DNA from: Felis catus
Taxonomy: Eukaryota
Direction of reading: 5' to 3'
Length of the DNA stretch: 64,000 nt
Assembly: GCF_018350175.1 (NCBI RefSeq)
Contig: NC_058382.1
Coordinates: 51,710,001 to 51,774,000, forward strand
Positions 51,022-64,000 of this stretch are shown here, piece by piece. How positions within the stretch are numbered: the first letter of the stretch is position 1; the number at the start of each line of letters is the position of its first letter. Both the position numbers and the translations under genes were made by a program. Below the pieces are notes generated by a model, which was given only the letters and a program-made list of their open reading frames with translations, ran no database searches and was not told where the DNA came from.

Positions 51022-51271
51022 AATTTTTTTTCTTTAAAAAACATTTTTTTTTTATGTTTTATTTATTCTTGAGATAGAGACAGAGCCTGAGTGGGGGAGG
51101 GGCAGAGAGAGAAGGAGACACAGAATCCGAAGCAGGATCCAGGCTCTGAGCTGTCAGCACAGAGCCCGACACGGGGCTCGAGCCCACAAACCACGAGATC
51201 ATGACCTGAACTGCGAGATCATGATCCGAGCCGAAGTCGAACGTTTAACCGACTGAGCCACCCAGGTGCCC
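51022..51271 (-). mobile_element. CAN-SINE with a ~20-bp internal duplication
   Basis: cgagatcatga occurs twice (~51193 and ~51214). Confidence 0.9.
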
Positions 51272-51935
51272 CTGGATTTTTTTTTTTCTTAAAACAAGGC
51301 CATTTAAAAGTATTCAGTGTAAAAGCAATATGTGTCAACTGTAGAAACATTATCGAGTACAGATATGCATTAAAGAATAAACATTTCAGGATATTCACCT
51401 GATATCCTGATAACCACCACGAAGACCTTCCTTGATGTGTCCAGATCATCTTACCCTTAAGTATATAAGCGTAGACACAGGTATCATTTTTCTGGGTGCT
51501 TTTTCAGCCTGCTTAATATATTCTTCCATTGATACTATTTTCAAAGATCCCATGGTTTTTAATTTTATGGGTAGGAGAAACAAACCTCTTATCCTGACTT
51601 CTGTTGTAGAAGATTTCCAGGTTTGGAGTATTATAATTAATGCCCCAGTGAAACAGGCTTGGAGCAAAAACATTTGCATACATCTTTAATAATTTCCTTA
51701 ATATATCTTTCTAAAAAGGAATTGCTGAGTCGAACATTTACATCTTCCAAAGGCTTTTGTCTCACACACACAGATTCCCTTCTCAGGGGGTTGATCCATA
51801 TGGATCCTTTGCCCAACACCTACAGTCACACCGGACTGTGGCATTGAAAGACACACAAAGACACACTCATGACACAATTTCCAAATTTACTGGCAAGAGA
51901 AACGTTCCTTGTGGACGTTCCAAGTGGAACGTTCC

Positions 51936-52019
51936 TTTTTTTTTTTTTTAAAGTTTATTCATTTCTTTTGAGAGAGAGTGACAGAGTGTGCATGCATGTG
52001 AGTGTGAGCTGGGGAGGGG

Positions 52020-52073
<54 letters not shown>

Positions 52074-52199
52074 CCTAAGCAGGCTGCACACTGTCAGCAC
52101 AGAGCCCAATTTGGGGCTCAACCCCATGAACTGTGAGATCATGACCTTAGCCGAAATTAAGAGTTGGATGCTTCACTGACTGAGCCATCCAGGCGCCCC
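51936..52199 (-). mobile_element. CAN-SINE with long (GA)n tract (~52022-52071)
   Basis: Full element; about 25 GA units. Confidence 0.9.
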
Positions 52200-52689
52200 A
52201 CAACCAGAACATTCTTAAATAAATCACTGTCCTGTCCAGATTGTGTCTTCGGCCTTTTCCATGAGTACAGATGGTTTCTCACTTGAACTGTGTCTGTCTG
52301 AAACTGACTTTCACTTCTGAGCATATGCCTTTCCATGAAATCCCAAGTTAATACCCCAAAATACAGATGGGAGGTTCTTGAATAGATTATATGGCCCATC
52401 TGTTTCCAATACTCTTCTTATGGGAATAATTTTATTTTTTACATAATTACAGAGAAGTTGGCAAAGCAAATTTACCTGGGACCCTAGGGTTTTTTATTAA
52501 AAATAATAAAGCCTCCATTTCCCCCCAAAGAAGCCCTGGTGTGTAATTGATGTCAGCAAGAAGTGATGCTCGTGGGGTCTTGATTAGTAGGTTTCCTTTG
52601 TGTTTTATTCCCTGAGAAATATTTTGTTTTCCAGACTGGGACACCAAATCTCCTTTGAATGTTCCCCTAGTACTTTTTTCTGTAGAACA

Positions 52690-52897
52690 TTTTGTTTTCT
52701 TTCTTTAAAAAAAAATGTTTATTTATTTTGAGAGAGCGAGAGAGAGGCAGAGAGAGAGGGAGAGAGAGAATTGCACGCAGGCTCAGTGCCATCAGTGAAG
52801 AGCCCGACTTGGGGCTCAAACTCATAAACTGTGAGATGGCGACCTGTGCTGAAATCAAGAGTCAGAAGCTTAACTGACTGAGTCACTCTGGAGCCCC
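52690..52897 (-). mobile_element. CAN-SINE (diverged)
   Basis: Full element; flanks gaacattt(t/g)gttt. Confidence 0.88.
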
Positions 52898-53090
52898 GAA
52901 CATTTGGTTTTCTTATAAACACTTCGGTCTTGCTTGCTTTTATACCCATGTGTTCTTTCTTCAAACCACATCTGAGGTTCCCTACCCTTCAAAACACCTT
53001 TTCCTATACCAAGTGGAATTCTGTTCTCCTCTGTTCTAAACACTGCGCTTCTCTCCTGGCTCCTGCCCCAAGATTCGTTGCCCCAATCTA

Positions 53091-53299
53091 TTTTTTTAAT
53101 GTTTTTTAAAATTTATTTTTGAGAGTGAGAGCGACAGAGCACAAGCGGCGGAGGGGCCGAGAGGGAGGGAGACACAGAATCGGAAGCGGGCTCCAGGCTC
53201 CAAGCGGTCAGCCCAGAGCCCGAGGCAGGGCTCGAACCCACGGACCGTGAGAGCATGACCTGAGCCGAAGTCGGCCGCTCAACCGACTGAGCCACCCGG
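53091..53299 (-). mobile_element. CAN-SINE
   Basis: Flanked by ccccaatctattt TSD. Confidence 0.92.
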
Positions 53300-54629
53300 C
53301 CCCAATCTATTTGTGTTCAAGACCTGAAGACCTACTAGGAACCATCTCCTCTCCCTTCCCACCCTCTTCCCTCCTTTAAGCATGTATGCAGTGCCTACTC
53401 TTGTCTGCAAAGAAATAAGTAAGACGGAACCCTTGCCTTCCAGAACGAGATGGAGTAACAGGAGTGCAGTGATGCGACCGCATGGCACTCATTTACCGAG
53501 AGCACCTCTCACTTCCCTATCTGGGGAACTCAAAAACTTCTTTTTTTTTTTTTTTTTTTAATTTGGCCACTTTAATATTCTTCTGGTGCACTTTCAGGAG
53601 ACTGTCACCAGCCCGCCAAGCTTTTCCTGTGCATCTTTAACTGTGACATACTAGAGAGAAAATAAAAAGGAAGGACCATCGCCAACATGAGTCAGCTTTT
53701 GTGACGGGCCAGCACCTGTGTTTCCGTCCTACGTCTGGGGAGCCCCCCACCTCGAACCCTGGAAGTACACAAAACCTGAATCCCACCCTGGAACCTCATG
53801 ATGTCACACATTTGCTGTGCCAGCCTCCCGCCTTGTTAAGATGCAGGCTCGGGGCCCAAGCGCCACCGATCAGATTCACGCCCAACCTGGGCTCTGATGC
53901 AGGGTAGCGGAGAAGTGATCCTGAGGCTGGCGTCCGGTACGGGGGCAACAATGTCAAGGCTTTAAGTGGCAACAGAGTGATGGATCGGCGGTGGTACCGG
54001 GCCTCTGCTGTGGGTGGCGGTGGTACAGAGGGGTCCCCTGTTTACCAGAAAGGTGAGAGCCGTGTCCCCACCAGACAGCTTCCGCGGCACAATTTCAGCC
54101 GGAGTCCTGTCTGCTTCCCAGCCAGGATGACTCTGCAGTGCTTGCACTAGATTGTGCGGGTGACCCAACCTCCCTCCAATTAATTCCCTTCCTTTGTATG
54201 TTAGATCAGCCCGTTTCGAGTAAGATCCTTGACTGATGAGAGACTTCATACAAAGTGACGCACTATGTCACGTGAAGGCCAAATGACCTCATAGCTGCGG
54301 GCTTGACTTCTGGCAGCAGCCGGGATAGAGCGAAGTAGGGGGGAAAATCGAGTTATCACAGCCTATTACTGGAACCCCCGGCTCGGGAGAACCTGCCCCT
54401 TGGTAATTAGTGCCACATTCACATCGCAAACCTTGATTTTGTTTGACCAAACAACACCACCCCGTCGCGGTGAGTCACTGGCAGTTTTGACTTGTATTTT
54501 TTTACCGCTTGAAAATGTAGTATGGAAGCATGTGTTGCTTCTGTGAGTTGTTTACAAGAGCTGTAAGCGTGAGGATATTGCGGTTGGCTTGCCTTCATGG
54601 AAGCAGTGGGATGGCGATAATAGCTTCAA

Positions 54630-55104
54630 TCGATACCCTACAGCGGTTGACCGCACTGCCCCACCCGTGTGCCCTTCACACTCACCTCTGCCCTCTTAAA
54701 GCTGCCGGCTAGGAACACCTGCTACTCTCCGCCCGAGGGCCTCTGCTACAGGAGCCAGCTTAGCCTGCGAAGCAGGGCAAGCCAGAAGTTCTGAAAAGTG
54801 AATTCTCCTGCAAGCAGCCCTTGGCAAATCAGAGAAGGGAAATTATGAGTGCCCAAACCCCCCAGCTTCATCAGCGCCCGCGTGGAATAACTCAGAGGCA
54901 TGTTTTACCCAGCCTTCCATAATCCCCCCCGAGGGGACGCGCCCCGGGTGCAACTTGAAAATGCACCCTTCCCTGTTTCCTTTCAAACGCCATCAAACTC
55001 CTCACTCTATCGCTGGTGCTTCCTAGGATCCTCTCCCAAAGAAACTGTTTGAGCGCACCTCCCAGCCTCGGGGTCTGCTTTAGGGGGGAGCCGGAGCTAA
55101 GACA
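54630..55104 (+). mobile_element. LTR16-like (ERVL) solo LTR
   Basis: Ends ...cctcggggtctgctttaggggggagccggagctaagaca, a typical LTR16 3' end. Confidence 0.65.
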
Positions 55105-55896
55105 CCCGCACATCACCAGCATCGTATACTTACCTGAATTTCGAACGTGTGAGGGACTGGCAGGCATTGCACACATTTGCTCACACACCTACCAGGCGAT
55201 TAGGCTGATTTCCCAGCCCAGCAAGCCAAGGAAGTTCCTGGAAGCGTGATTGCTGCCCAGAGAAGGGGCAGAGACAGCGCACTTGGAAGAGTTTCTCTGG
55301 GCCCCAGACCCCCTAAGAGGGGCACAGCTGTTCAGGACACTGTACCCAGCATGGGGTTTGGCTTTGCTACCGCCGTTGTGTCTTCAAATTCGTATGACCA
55401 TTCTAGAAGATCTTGCCCTACCAATCTACACGCTGCTGTTAAAGCAGATGTCGTAGTCACCTAGCTTTCCTGAATATTCCCGAATGCGACTCGGCATCGC
55501 CCAAGGTCACGACCTCCTCTTGCAGGGCCGGGGGATGGGAAGAGTGGGGTCAGTGCCCAGGATCCCTAAACAACACCCCTGCCTGGACCTCTCCAGGCTC
55601 ACAGAAAGCCCTTTCTCCCTAGTGATTTATGCCATTTGGGAAACCCCGCGGCACGCGGAGGAGACGAGCCATGAGGCCACACGAGGGCGGCCTGAGTAGT
55701 GGGGGTGGGGTCGGAGTTCCCATTCGCAGGAACACGCGGGGTGTATTATCACACCACCTCCATTTACTGTCTGTCGCGCTGCCCCTCCGTCACTGCTTAT
55801 CCCGGCCCAAGCATCGACACCCCTCTCCATTCATCTCATCCTGCAGCCTGCCTCAATTCCAGGGGGCATGATTGAATTAAATCCTTAAGACAAAAC

Positions 55897-55900
<4 letters not shown>

Positions 55901-55944
<44 letters not shown>
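55901..55944. repeat. (CA)22 microsatellite
   Basis: Perfect run. Confidence 0.95.
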
Positions 55945-55945
<1 letters not shown>

Positions 55946-56502
55946 GCCGTGTTCCTGATAACCAACCGGATGAGCAGGTTCGTGCGATGCCAAAACTCAA
56001 ACTCAACATCGGAGAGACCATCCCATTTGGAAAGGCAGGGGTGTGTTAGATTAAAGCACATCCTCTGACTTTTCCCACTACAAAACATGAACTGTCTCTG
56101 AAACAAAACTGCCCAGGATGATTTAGCAGCCTTCTAAAATCAGCTTCAAATTTATTCAATTGTCTAGAGTGAGACCTCCAGACATGAAACAGGCTTCTGA
56201 GCTCTTCCAAAGGACAAACAGTGTCCCAGCTTGGAGACACTCCCCGGCTGTGTGTTGTCATTTCTGTAGCGATCATTTCTGATCAATGTCGTTGCTGCAG
56301 AGACGGCCCTTAATGCCGGGCCACTGCCAACACTGACGACTGATGTGACCTCAGCCCCTGGGCTGGAAAGTCCCTTGAGTATCAATTAGCCCAAGTATCT
56401 CCTTTTACCAACTGGAACAAGGACATTTCCAAAGTCACACAGGCAGCAAGTCAAAACCACAGGCCTCCTCGCTCACAGGACCTAAGGATCCGTGGCTTCC
56501 GG

Positions 56503-56708
56503 CAAGCTCTCTCGACTTTGACGCTATGACATTTGGGGCTGGATAATTCTTTGTTGTGGGGCTTGTTCCGTGTATTGCAGGATGTTTAGCAACATCCCTT
56601 CCCTACCCATGAGACGTCTACAGCACTAGCTGTGATGACCAACATCGTCTCTAGGCATCGCCAGATATCCCCAGAGGGGCAAAGTCACCCCAGGCTGAGA
56701 ACTACTGG
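56503..56708. mobile_element. MER20 hAT fossil, followed by a MER102-like fossil (~56715-57040)
   Basis: gacatttggggctggataattctttgttgtgggg...ggctgagaactactg; then ggacatttcacataaaaatccagacttccggcttctcttgaa. Confidence 0.75.
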
Positions 56709-58136
56709 CTTAGAGCAACAAATTGCAAATTGGTGCCACCAGGGCTAAATTTGGCTCAGCTCTGCTTTGTTTGTCCTAGGTAATATTTGTTGGGATTTTA
56801 GAAATCTTGGACATTTCACATAAAAATCCAGACTTCCGGCTTCTCTTGAACATTTGGAAGATGTGGCATACAGTCCGTGAGCACACGTCTCACGGCCATG
56901 GCAGATTGAAGTTGGGCTGAAGCCATGGTCATCTGCTCTCCTGTTTGTTATACTCCCCACCGCTCTCTATTGTGCCCCACACCAGACATGCGATTAGTTT
57001 CACCATCTACTCGGACCCCACTTTAGCATTTAAGTCTTCTCAAAACTGTTTGTAGTTTTATTTTCTCTTGAGCAAGCCTCTCAGCTCGCTGAACAGGGGT
57101 CATGCCATTTTCTCCTTTTGTTTCCTCTGTAGGGCTTAGCCCTGAGCAGACATTCAGAAAGAGTTATCCATTGATTTCTAGAGCAGCGTTTCCCAAAAGA
57201 CATCCTGCAGGATGCTAGCTGTGGACTTCAAGGAAAAGGGGCTAAAAGCTGAACAAGGTTGGGTGAAGCTGCCTTCTGTACCCCCATTTGGGATCCAAAA
57301 GTCTCAACTGTTCAAGGCTCTAAATGGCCCTGCATTAAAGAAAGCTGCTAGACTGCACTTGACCTAGAGTGTCACAAGCAAGTTTGACCACAGACCTCCT
57401 TAGAACCCCAATCCTAATCACAATCCCAACAAACTACTGTTTTACTGAATGTACTTCGGAAATTGTTAGATTGGAACTCTAAATTTCTCAAATTAAACAT
57501 AGTTGTTGAAATACCAAGTGCCGTGGCAAAGGCAGCTACAGAGTACTAGCATATAAAGAGTGATGCTTCTCAGCACAGACGTTTGTTTGAGTTACCTCTT
57601 TTAAATTTCCCACGCATGTTTGTAAAGTTGGTGTGATCAATATCCACATCTTACAAAGTAGGAAATAAAGCTGCGGAAAGATTAAGGTGTTGGCCTGCGG
57701 TTACATAGCTAGGAACAGTTCAACACAGTTCAACACAGCCTGTCTCCATCCCAGTTTCTATGCTCTTACCCTGGATTGACATTGTTCTGCCTCCCTGGGA
57801 CACTGTGCCATGTTGTTGACACGTTTGTCTCCCTCTCAGAACATGCACCAGACCTTGGTCATGCAGGAAGCAGAAAGGGAATAACTGTCCATTCCCCCAC
57901 TGCCATGTGTGGGAAATAATGCTTGGAAGAGTCTGTCATGGTAACTCATGTAGTTTTTCACACCAGGCCTGAAAATTAGGTCTTTTGGGTCTAATTTAAT
58001 TTGGGCAACTCTTTTAACCTCTTGGAGCCTAAAAGCCACATAACTAGTAAATGGAAAACTGGGATCTGAACAAGTTCCGGAAAAAGGGTTATGGGCTCCT
58101 TTCACTTTGCTTATTTCATAGCAGGAATACAGGAAC

Positions 58137-58684
58137 TGGATGAATAGATGGGTGGATGGATGATGGATGGATGGATGGATGGATGGATGGATGGATGGAC
58201 AGATAGATGAATGGGTAGTTGGATGGACAGATGGATGGATGATGGATAGATTGATGGATGGACAGATAGATGAATGGGTACTTGGATGGATGGATGAAGG
58301 ATGGACGGATGGATGGACGGATGGATGGATGTATGAATGGATAGATGAATGAGTAGTTGGATGGATGGATGAAGGATGGACAGATGGATGGATGGATGGA
58401 TGGATGGATGATGGATGGATGCATGGATGGATAGGTGAATGGGTAGTTGGATGGGCGGATGGATGGATGATGGATAGATTGATGGATGGACAGATAGATG
58501 AATGGGTACTTGGATGGATGGATGAAGGATGAACGGATGGATGGACAGATGGATGGATGTATGAATGGATAGATGAATGAGTAGTTGGATGGATGGATGG
58601 ATTGATGGATGGATGGATGGATGATGGATGGATGGATGGATGGATGGATAGTGAGATGAATCGGTAGATGGGTGGATGGATGAT
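58137..58684. repeat. (GGAT)n/(ATCC)n degenerate tandem array with a 228-bp higher-order duplication
   Basis: Diagnostic variants recur exactly 228 bp apart (58213/58441, 58276/58504, 58351/58579). Confidence 0.95.
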
Positions 58685-60372
58685 GAGTGGACATTATTCC
58701 TTGCTCACTCACTTTGGGTAAAGCAGCCCATTAAACTTTGTGAAGAGGAAGGGCATACTAGAAGGGTAGGGTAGGACAGGCATACTAATAGAGTAGGATG
58801 CCTGCCCCTGAAGAGGCTTCTCCTGGGGCTTGAGTCTTTTAATCTCTGAACAGGAAAGGCAAAATGTGACTTTCTCATACTGAGCATTTTCAATTTGCAT
58901 TGAGATCTTGTAGCTTCACACCATCATCACTCTGAGAAAGCCCCAACCCACTGGATATGGGCCAAGAAAACAACAAAGGAAACAAAGCTCTCCGGGAAAT
59001 CAACTCTTAGCCCCAAAACATCAGGGAAGTAAGAGACTGAGTTAGCTGGAGGGTTATTTCATGCTGATTTATAGTATGGTTCTCTCAGCTTATAAGAAAA
59101 ATGGTAATGATGGGGTAGGGGAGGGAATGTTCCTCCTTTCTGGTTTCTCTTAGGCTCCATCTGAGGAGCAAATGCTTTGTTTGCTTCTCAACCTGAATTT
59201 TACATCCCTATCCCCTTACCATTATTCACAATGATCTATGGCAAAGTACTTTGGGGAAAACACAGCCCTCTGCAACATTTGAAAGAGGCAGACAGCATCA
59301 TTGTAGCGATGATTCATGCAAGAAATCAAACAGCTTCACACTAAGGGGAAAGCCCTAGATAATATTCAGGGGAAGGGGTAAAAGAAATCACTCAGAAATT
59401 ACCTTTCAGTGCGAACAAGTTTTCAAAAACATAAACTACTTGATTTAAATTCCTTACTCAGTCTTATGTGGTAGATTCTTCCTACTTGGCCAACCACATT
59501 TACCAAACAATACTAAATGATTCATAAGATCATCTCTATGGATAACAGCTACTTATGGATAAGAGAGGTGAAATGTTTCTAATTCTATTCATACACGATC
59601 ATGTCCATTAAGAGGTAAAATGGTTTTCAGTATCTTACGACTGGTAGCTTTTGGTTCTGGAAAGAATTGGGTTTTCTTCTTCACCTCCATTGTAAAATTC
59701 TAGTGGAATTACTATGAAGAGAAAATTCCAAGAGGGTGAAAAATGGTCTTAAGGGAGTTGATGAGAGAACAGTGCTGAGTCACATGGGTTGGGATCCCTG
59801 GATAGTGCTGCGCTTACGGCAGGCATGGGAAGGACTGGCCTCCATCCTCCACGCATATTCCATTCTCCTCCAGGGGCATCTCTGTAGCACTGCTATACCT
59901 CCCGGCACTCTCTCTCCTCTTCCCCATCAGTAGTAGAACCCTGACTTCTACTTAAGGTCACTTAACTAAGAAAAAACTCTATTTCCTGATTTCCTTTTCC
60001 ACAGGCTGTGGCCATGTGACTGAGCTCTGGCCAACAAGAGGGAAGTAGATGGACACAGAGGACTCTTGAAGTACCTTTAAAAAAAGGATGTGGGCCTTTC
60101 TTCCCCTCCCCCCATCTCCATCATGCTCCCTGGAACACAGAGGTGAGGGCTGTAACTTGAACCATGAGAACGGGGGCTGATCCTTCAGGTGAAGTACAGA
60201 GCTGGAAGGAACACTGATCAATCCTTGGTGACTTTGTAGAGACTCCATACCATCACTTTCATTGGGAAGCCTTCTCTGACCCTCTGGCCAGCACTTGGTA
60301 TTTCTTCTTTGCAAGTGCTTATCGGGCTGGTAAGTGATCTCCTTACTTCTTTAACATTTTTTGTTTAGTATT

Positions 60373-60832
60373 TGTAGCAGAGACTGTCAATGCTCCGCCC
60401 ACACCCTCTTGGAACTCACTGCCACGCATGATGACCCAGCGTTACACGGAAGCACTCGCAACAGTTTCAGGATAGCTTGGTCTAGCCACTGACTCCACAG
60501 CAGCCCCCACACAGGGCAGACCGGAGGGGCAGATGGGGAGTGCACCCTCACCAGTAGCCCTTGACCAAGGACTGACAGGAGTTGGTGGACACGCCATGGA
60601 CCTTGCCTCCTGATGAGGACACCTGTGAGGTAGTTTCCCACTGTCATCTGGAGTTCTGAGCCAATGACACTGATAACCTGCTGGATAACGTGCCTTGCGT
60701 CAACTTTTTCCCTTGGTGGCCTCATTTCCACAGAGCCCTATTTCCTGGAATCACCACGCAAATAAGGCATTTGCCTTCAGATATTTGAATGTAGCAAAAG
60801 TGTGCTTCCGGGGAGCCCAACCTAAACTAATA
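60373..60832 (+). mobile_element. LTR16-like (ERVL) solo LTR, preceded by an LTR33-like remnant (~59940-60320)
   Basis: Starts tgtagcagagactgtcaatgctccgccca and ends tgcttccgggagcccaacctaaacta; upstream ggccatgtgactgagctctggccaa. Confidence 0.65.
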
Positions 60833-61518
60833 TCTGCCTCCCTGGGAGGAATCCTACCCTTTTCGTACCAGGACTGTGTTTGTCCCTTTCACCATTTTGT
60901 CTGCAGTATTAGCAATAATAGCCCAAGGCGAGCACTCAACACAGGATGAATACATGTCAGTTCACTTTTTTCTCCCCTCGGACGCATTTAGAGTTAGCCG
61001 CCTATGACTGGTCCTATGAGATATAATTAGGAAGCTTCCTCTATGACCTTCAGGATGGGCTGCACACCTAGCTTGAACTTCTCTGAAAATAACGCTGAGC
61101 TGGTGACAATCATGCTCCATTATCTTTTAAATTACATCAACACAAACCATAGGAAATCATGGCGCACGTCCTTTCATATGAGCTCTCGGATTGTACTAAG
61201 AGTTTTCAAGGGCATGCATCTCCTCCCTTTCTTCACTATTGACCTTCTAAATTTGCCTCCTTGCCCTTGACCCGTTCTATAGCACTTGAAATGTATAACA
61301 GCAGAGAAAACCACAGACATTCCAGGCTAGCGGTTAAGTATCCACATATTAGACTCAAATGGCTCCCACTTTACATCCCTTCAGCGCTACAGACTAAGTT
61401 GGTGACCTTGGCAAAGATGTGCAGTTTCTGTTAAATCTCCTCCCATGTAAGATCGGGATCATAGTCCCTATGGCACAGGATTACTTTGTAGATTAAATAA
61501 TACGATGTGTGTATACCA

Positions 61519-61770
61519 AAAGATCCTAATTATATTGAAGAAAATACAAGAGAAGAAATATTATTAAAGGATATAGCTAGGGGAGCCTGGGTGGCTCAGT
61601 CGGTTAAGTGACCCACAGCTGCTTAGGTCATGATCTCACGGTTTGTGAGTTCGAGCCCCGCGTCAGGCTCTATGCTGACAGCAGAGAGCCCACTTCAGAT
61701 CCTCTGTCCCTCTCTCTCTCTTTGCCCCTCCCCACCTCTGTCTTTCAAAAATAGATAAATATGAAAAAAA
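61519..61770 (+). mobile_element. CAN-SINE
   Basis: Full element flanked by aaaggatat. Confidence 0.9.
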
Positions 61771-64000
61771 CAAAGGATATGCTGAAGACATTGACCATTT
61801 GTCCTAGGTCACATATTTCTCTAGAAAGTTACTGAACCATCCCAAGTTATTTAAAAACCATTCCCAAAATTGTACTAAGATTGTGTCCCCTATATTCTTA
61901 CCCAAAGACCTCATTTCTGTTGGCCACTCCCTCAGATGGCCAGTACCTTGAGGGGTTCCTAAATTTGACCCTCTATACCCCTCTCAAATGTGCTCACAGC
62001 TGTTCCTGGGCCCTATACCAGTGGCCAGAGCTGAGCTGTAACGCCGCGTTTCACCATAAGTGGCCGCTGTTTGACGTTGCCTACAACGTAAGCTATTTTC
62101 ACAACTTGAAGCTCTGAGTGAGTGAACGCCCAAGAAATGCATTTTACAAATTGAAAATAGATTTAGTGTGTTGATTTGGAGAGGTGCCTCGCAGCGTGGC
62201 TCTTGCCACATTCCACCAGAGAGGAGCAGGTTTGGGAATACTTAACAATCCAAATAGTGGTATATGGGACTCAGAGGAAGGTTTTCGTCCCCAAGCAGCA
62301 CAGACTGTAGTGTGCTTCCTCTCCGTTGTTGTGACAATCAGCCGCATACCGCTTATAATCTGGGGTTTGTAAACAGCCAGAAGATTCCCTCAGAGGGAGT
62401 AATTATATTTCCTTTAACATGTAAGGCAAACAATTTTTCTGAAGCATGCTATGTGCTGACTGCAAAGTAGATTTCCTTGACTAATGCTAAAGGAAAACCC
62501 TGACAATGAAGGCAGGGACTTTTGGCAGGACAGAGATATTAGGAGGCCAATAAATGAGCAGAGAACATGAAAAATGCCATGGAGTATTATTATTCAGGAG
62601 CTGAACTGGGTGGCCCGTTCAAAGAAATATGCATGATGAGATGTTAAGAGCATTGATGTTAAACTCAGTTTTCTCTTCTATAAAGTGGGAATAATAATGC
62701 TTACCTAATAAAGTTATTCTGAGAATCAAACGTACCTAAGGTGTCCAGAACAGTAGCTACCCCCAAATGATGTCATATATTGTGGAAGTTATCAGCCTCA
62801 ACCCATATCCCTTTCTAACTCACCATTGCCTATACAAGACAATGGCTTCCTACCGAGAGCATCCCAAGTTCTCTCCCTGGGCATTCTCTTAGCCCAGGTG
62901 CACGGGGCAGGTTGGAAGTGCCAGGGAGCTCATGCATCCAGGAACGAACGGCCCTTAGCCAATCATGCAGAAAATTCAGTGACAAATACCCATTTCCTGG
63001 CTTCTGGGGCGGGGCCACTATGAAGCTTGCCCCACAAGGGTCTGCTGTCAAAGTCTTGTTTCGGGATGGAATGCAGCCTAAACGCTCTATTTCACGTTAG
63101 CAACAGGCTTCCTAATTTGGGATCGTAATTGGGTTTACAATGACGTGTTCAATGCAGTAACCAGCCTTGTCTACTCAGCCTCCATCCCCCAGCCACCGCC
63201 TCGGCTGAGGCTCTTATCTGTTTGCCTGTTTGTGCACCATAGTCTCTGACTGACCTTCACACTTGCAGTAAATCTATCACCCCATCTCCCGCCCACTTCC
63301 CGCCAAAGTTATTATCCTAAAACACAGTCACGCCATTCCCTGGCTTTTGTTTTCCTAAGACTTCAGTGGCGACCGTCACCTCCATGATTATGTCTTAAAT
63401 TTTATAACATGATACGTGAAACACTTCAAGAGCTGGTTTGAAGCAATCTTTCCGCCTAGCCTCCAGTGACTGCTAACCCCAGCTGATGCTCAGTCCATAC
63501 AGATCAAGACAGTGTCTTCTCCTTTTACCCATTACCTTTCCATGTGTTTGAATAGACTTGTGATCCTCTCCGAGGAACCTGGCTTATCCTTCAAGTTCTG
63601 GCTCAAACGTCCGCATCTCTATGAGGATCTCTCCAGCTCCTCGGCCAAGTTCCCTCCTCTGGGCTACCACAGTAGCATCTATATTCACTGACTCATTCAT
63701 TCACTCAACAAGGGTTTTTTTTTCTTCTAAGCATTTTCGACTGTGCACCAATCAGGGGCTGAGCCCCAGGGAAACCCATGCTGGATGAAAGCAGAAACCA
63801 CCCCTGCCCACAGTGCAAAAAAAGGAAACAGACAGTAATTAGCAGGTGGATCATATAAAAAAATTCATTACAAACTGCCATGAGAGTTTACCATAAAGGA
63901 TGCAGACCCAACCTGTGGAAACAAGGAATGGGTGCTTAAGTTGAAAGTGAAGTCGGCGATGACACCAGATGAAGGACATGCAACATACATTCCAGGTCAA

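Noticed and set aside
58116..58712. 198-aa HPSI-repeat ORF
   Set aside because: Translation of the (ATCC)n tandem repeat.
25500..64000. Exons of the neighbouring gene (VAT1L lies downstream in human)
   Set aside because: No CpG island or recognisable coding exon seen; it probably starts beyond the window end.

Overview
Mammalian genomic DNA, almost certainly from a cat-family (Felidae) genome, judged from the dense SINEC_Fc-type CAN-SINEs and felid-type L1 3' ends. The window holds one complete protein-coding gene, NUDT7 (peroxisomal CoA/acyl-CoA diphosphatase), on the + strand. Its four coding exons are 10505-10539, 12706-12859, 18657-18815 and 24567-24935. All introns are GT-AG, and the spliced CDS is 717 nt (238 aa) with a CoA-binding motif, a Nudix box and a C-terminal PTS1 (SKL). 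The rest is intergenic/intronic DNA with about 35 CAN-SINEs, L1/L2/MIR remnants, MaLR and ERVL-type LTRs, hAT DNA-transposon fossils, microsatellites and several repeat-free, TAAT-rich blocks that look like conserved non-coding elements. Nearly all other ORFs in the track are SINE or simple-repeat artefacts. I see no convincing new biological system. The best leads are: (1) an L1 with a target-site duplication inserted ~180 bp upstream of the NUDT7 ATG; (2) the catalytic exon 3 bracketed by inverted SINEs and preceded by a (TG)21 tract; (3) a candidate in-frame 72-nt cassette exon in intron 2; (4) a 3' end whose poly(A) signals both come from retroelements. Repeat family names are from recognition by eye and need RepeatMasker/Dfam confirmation; repeat boundaries are approximate unless a TSD is given.
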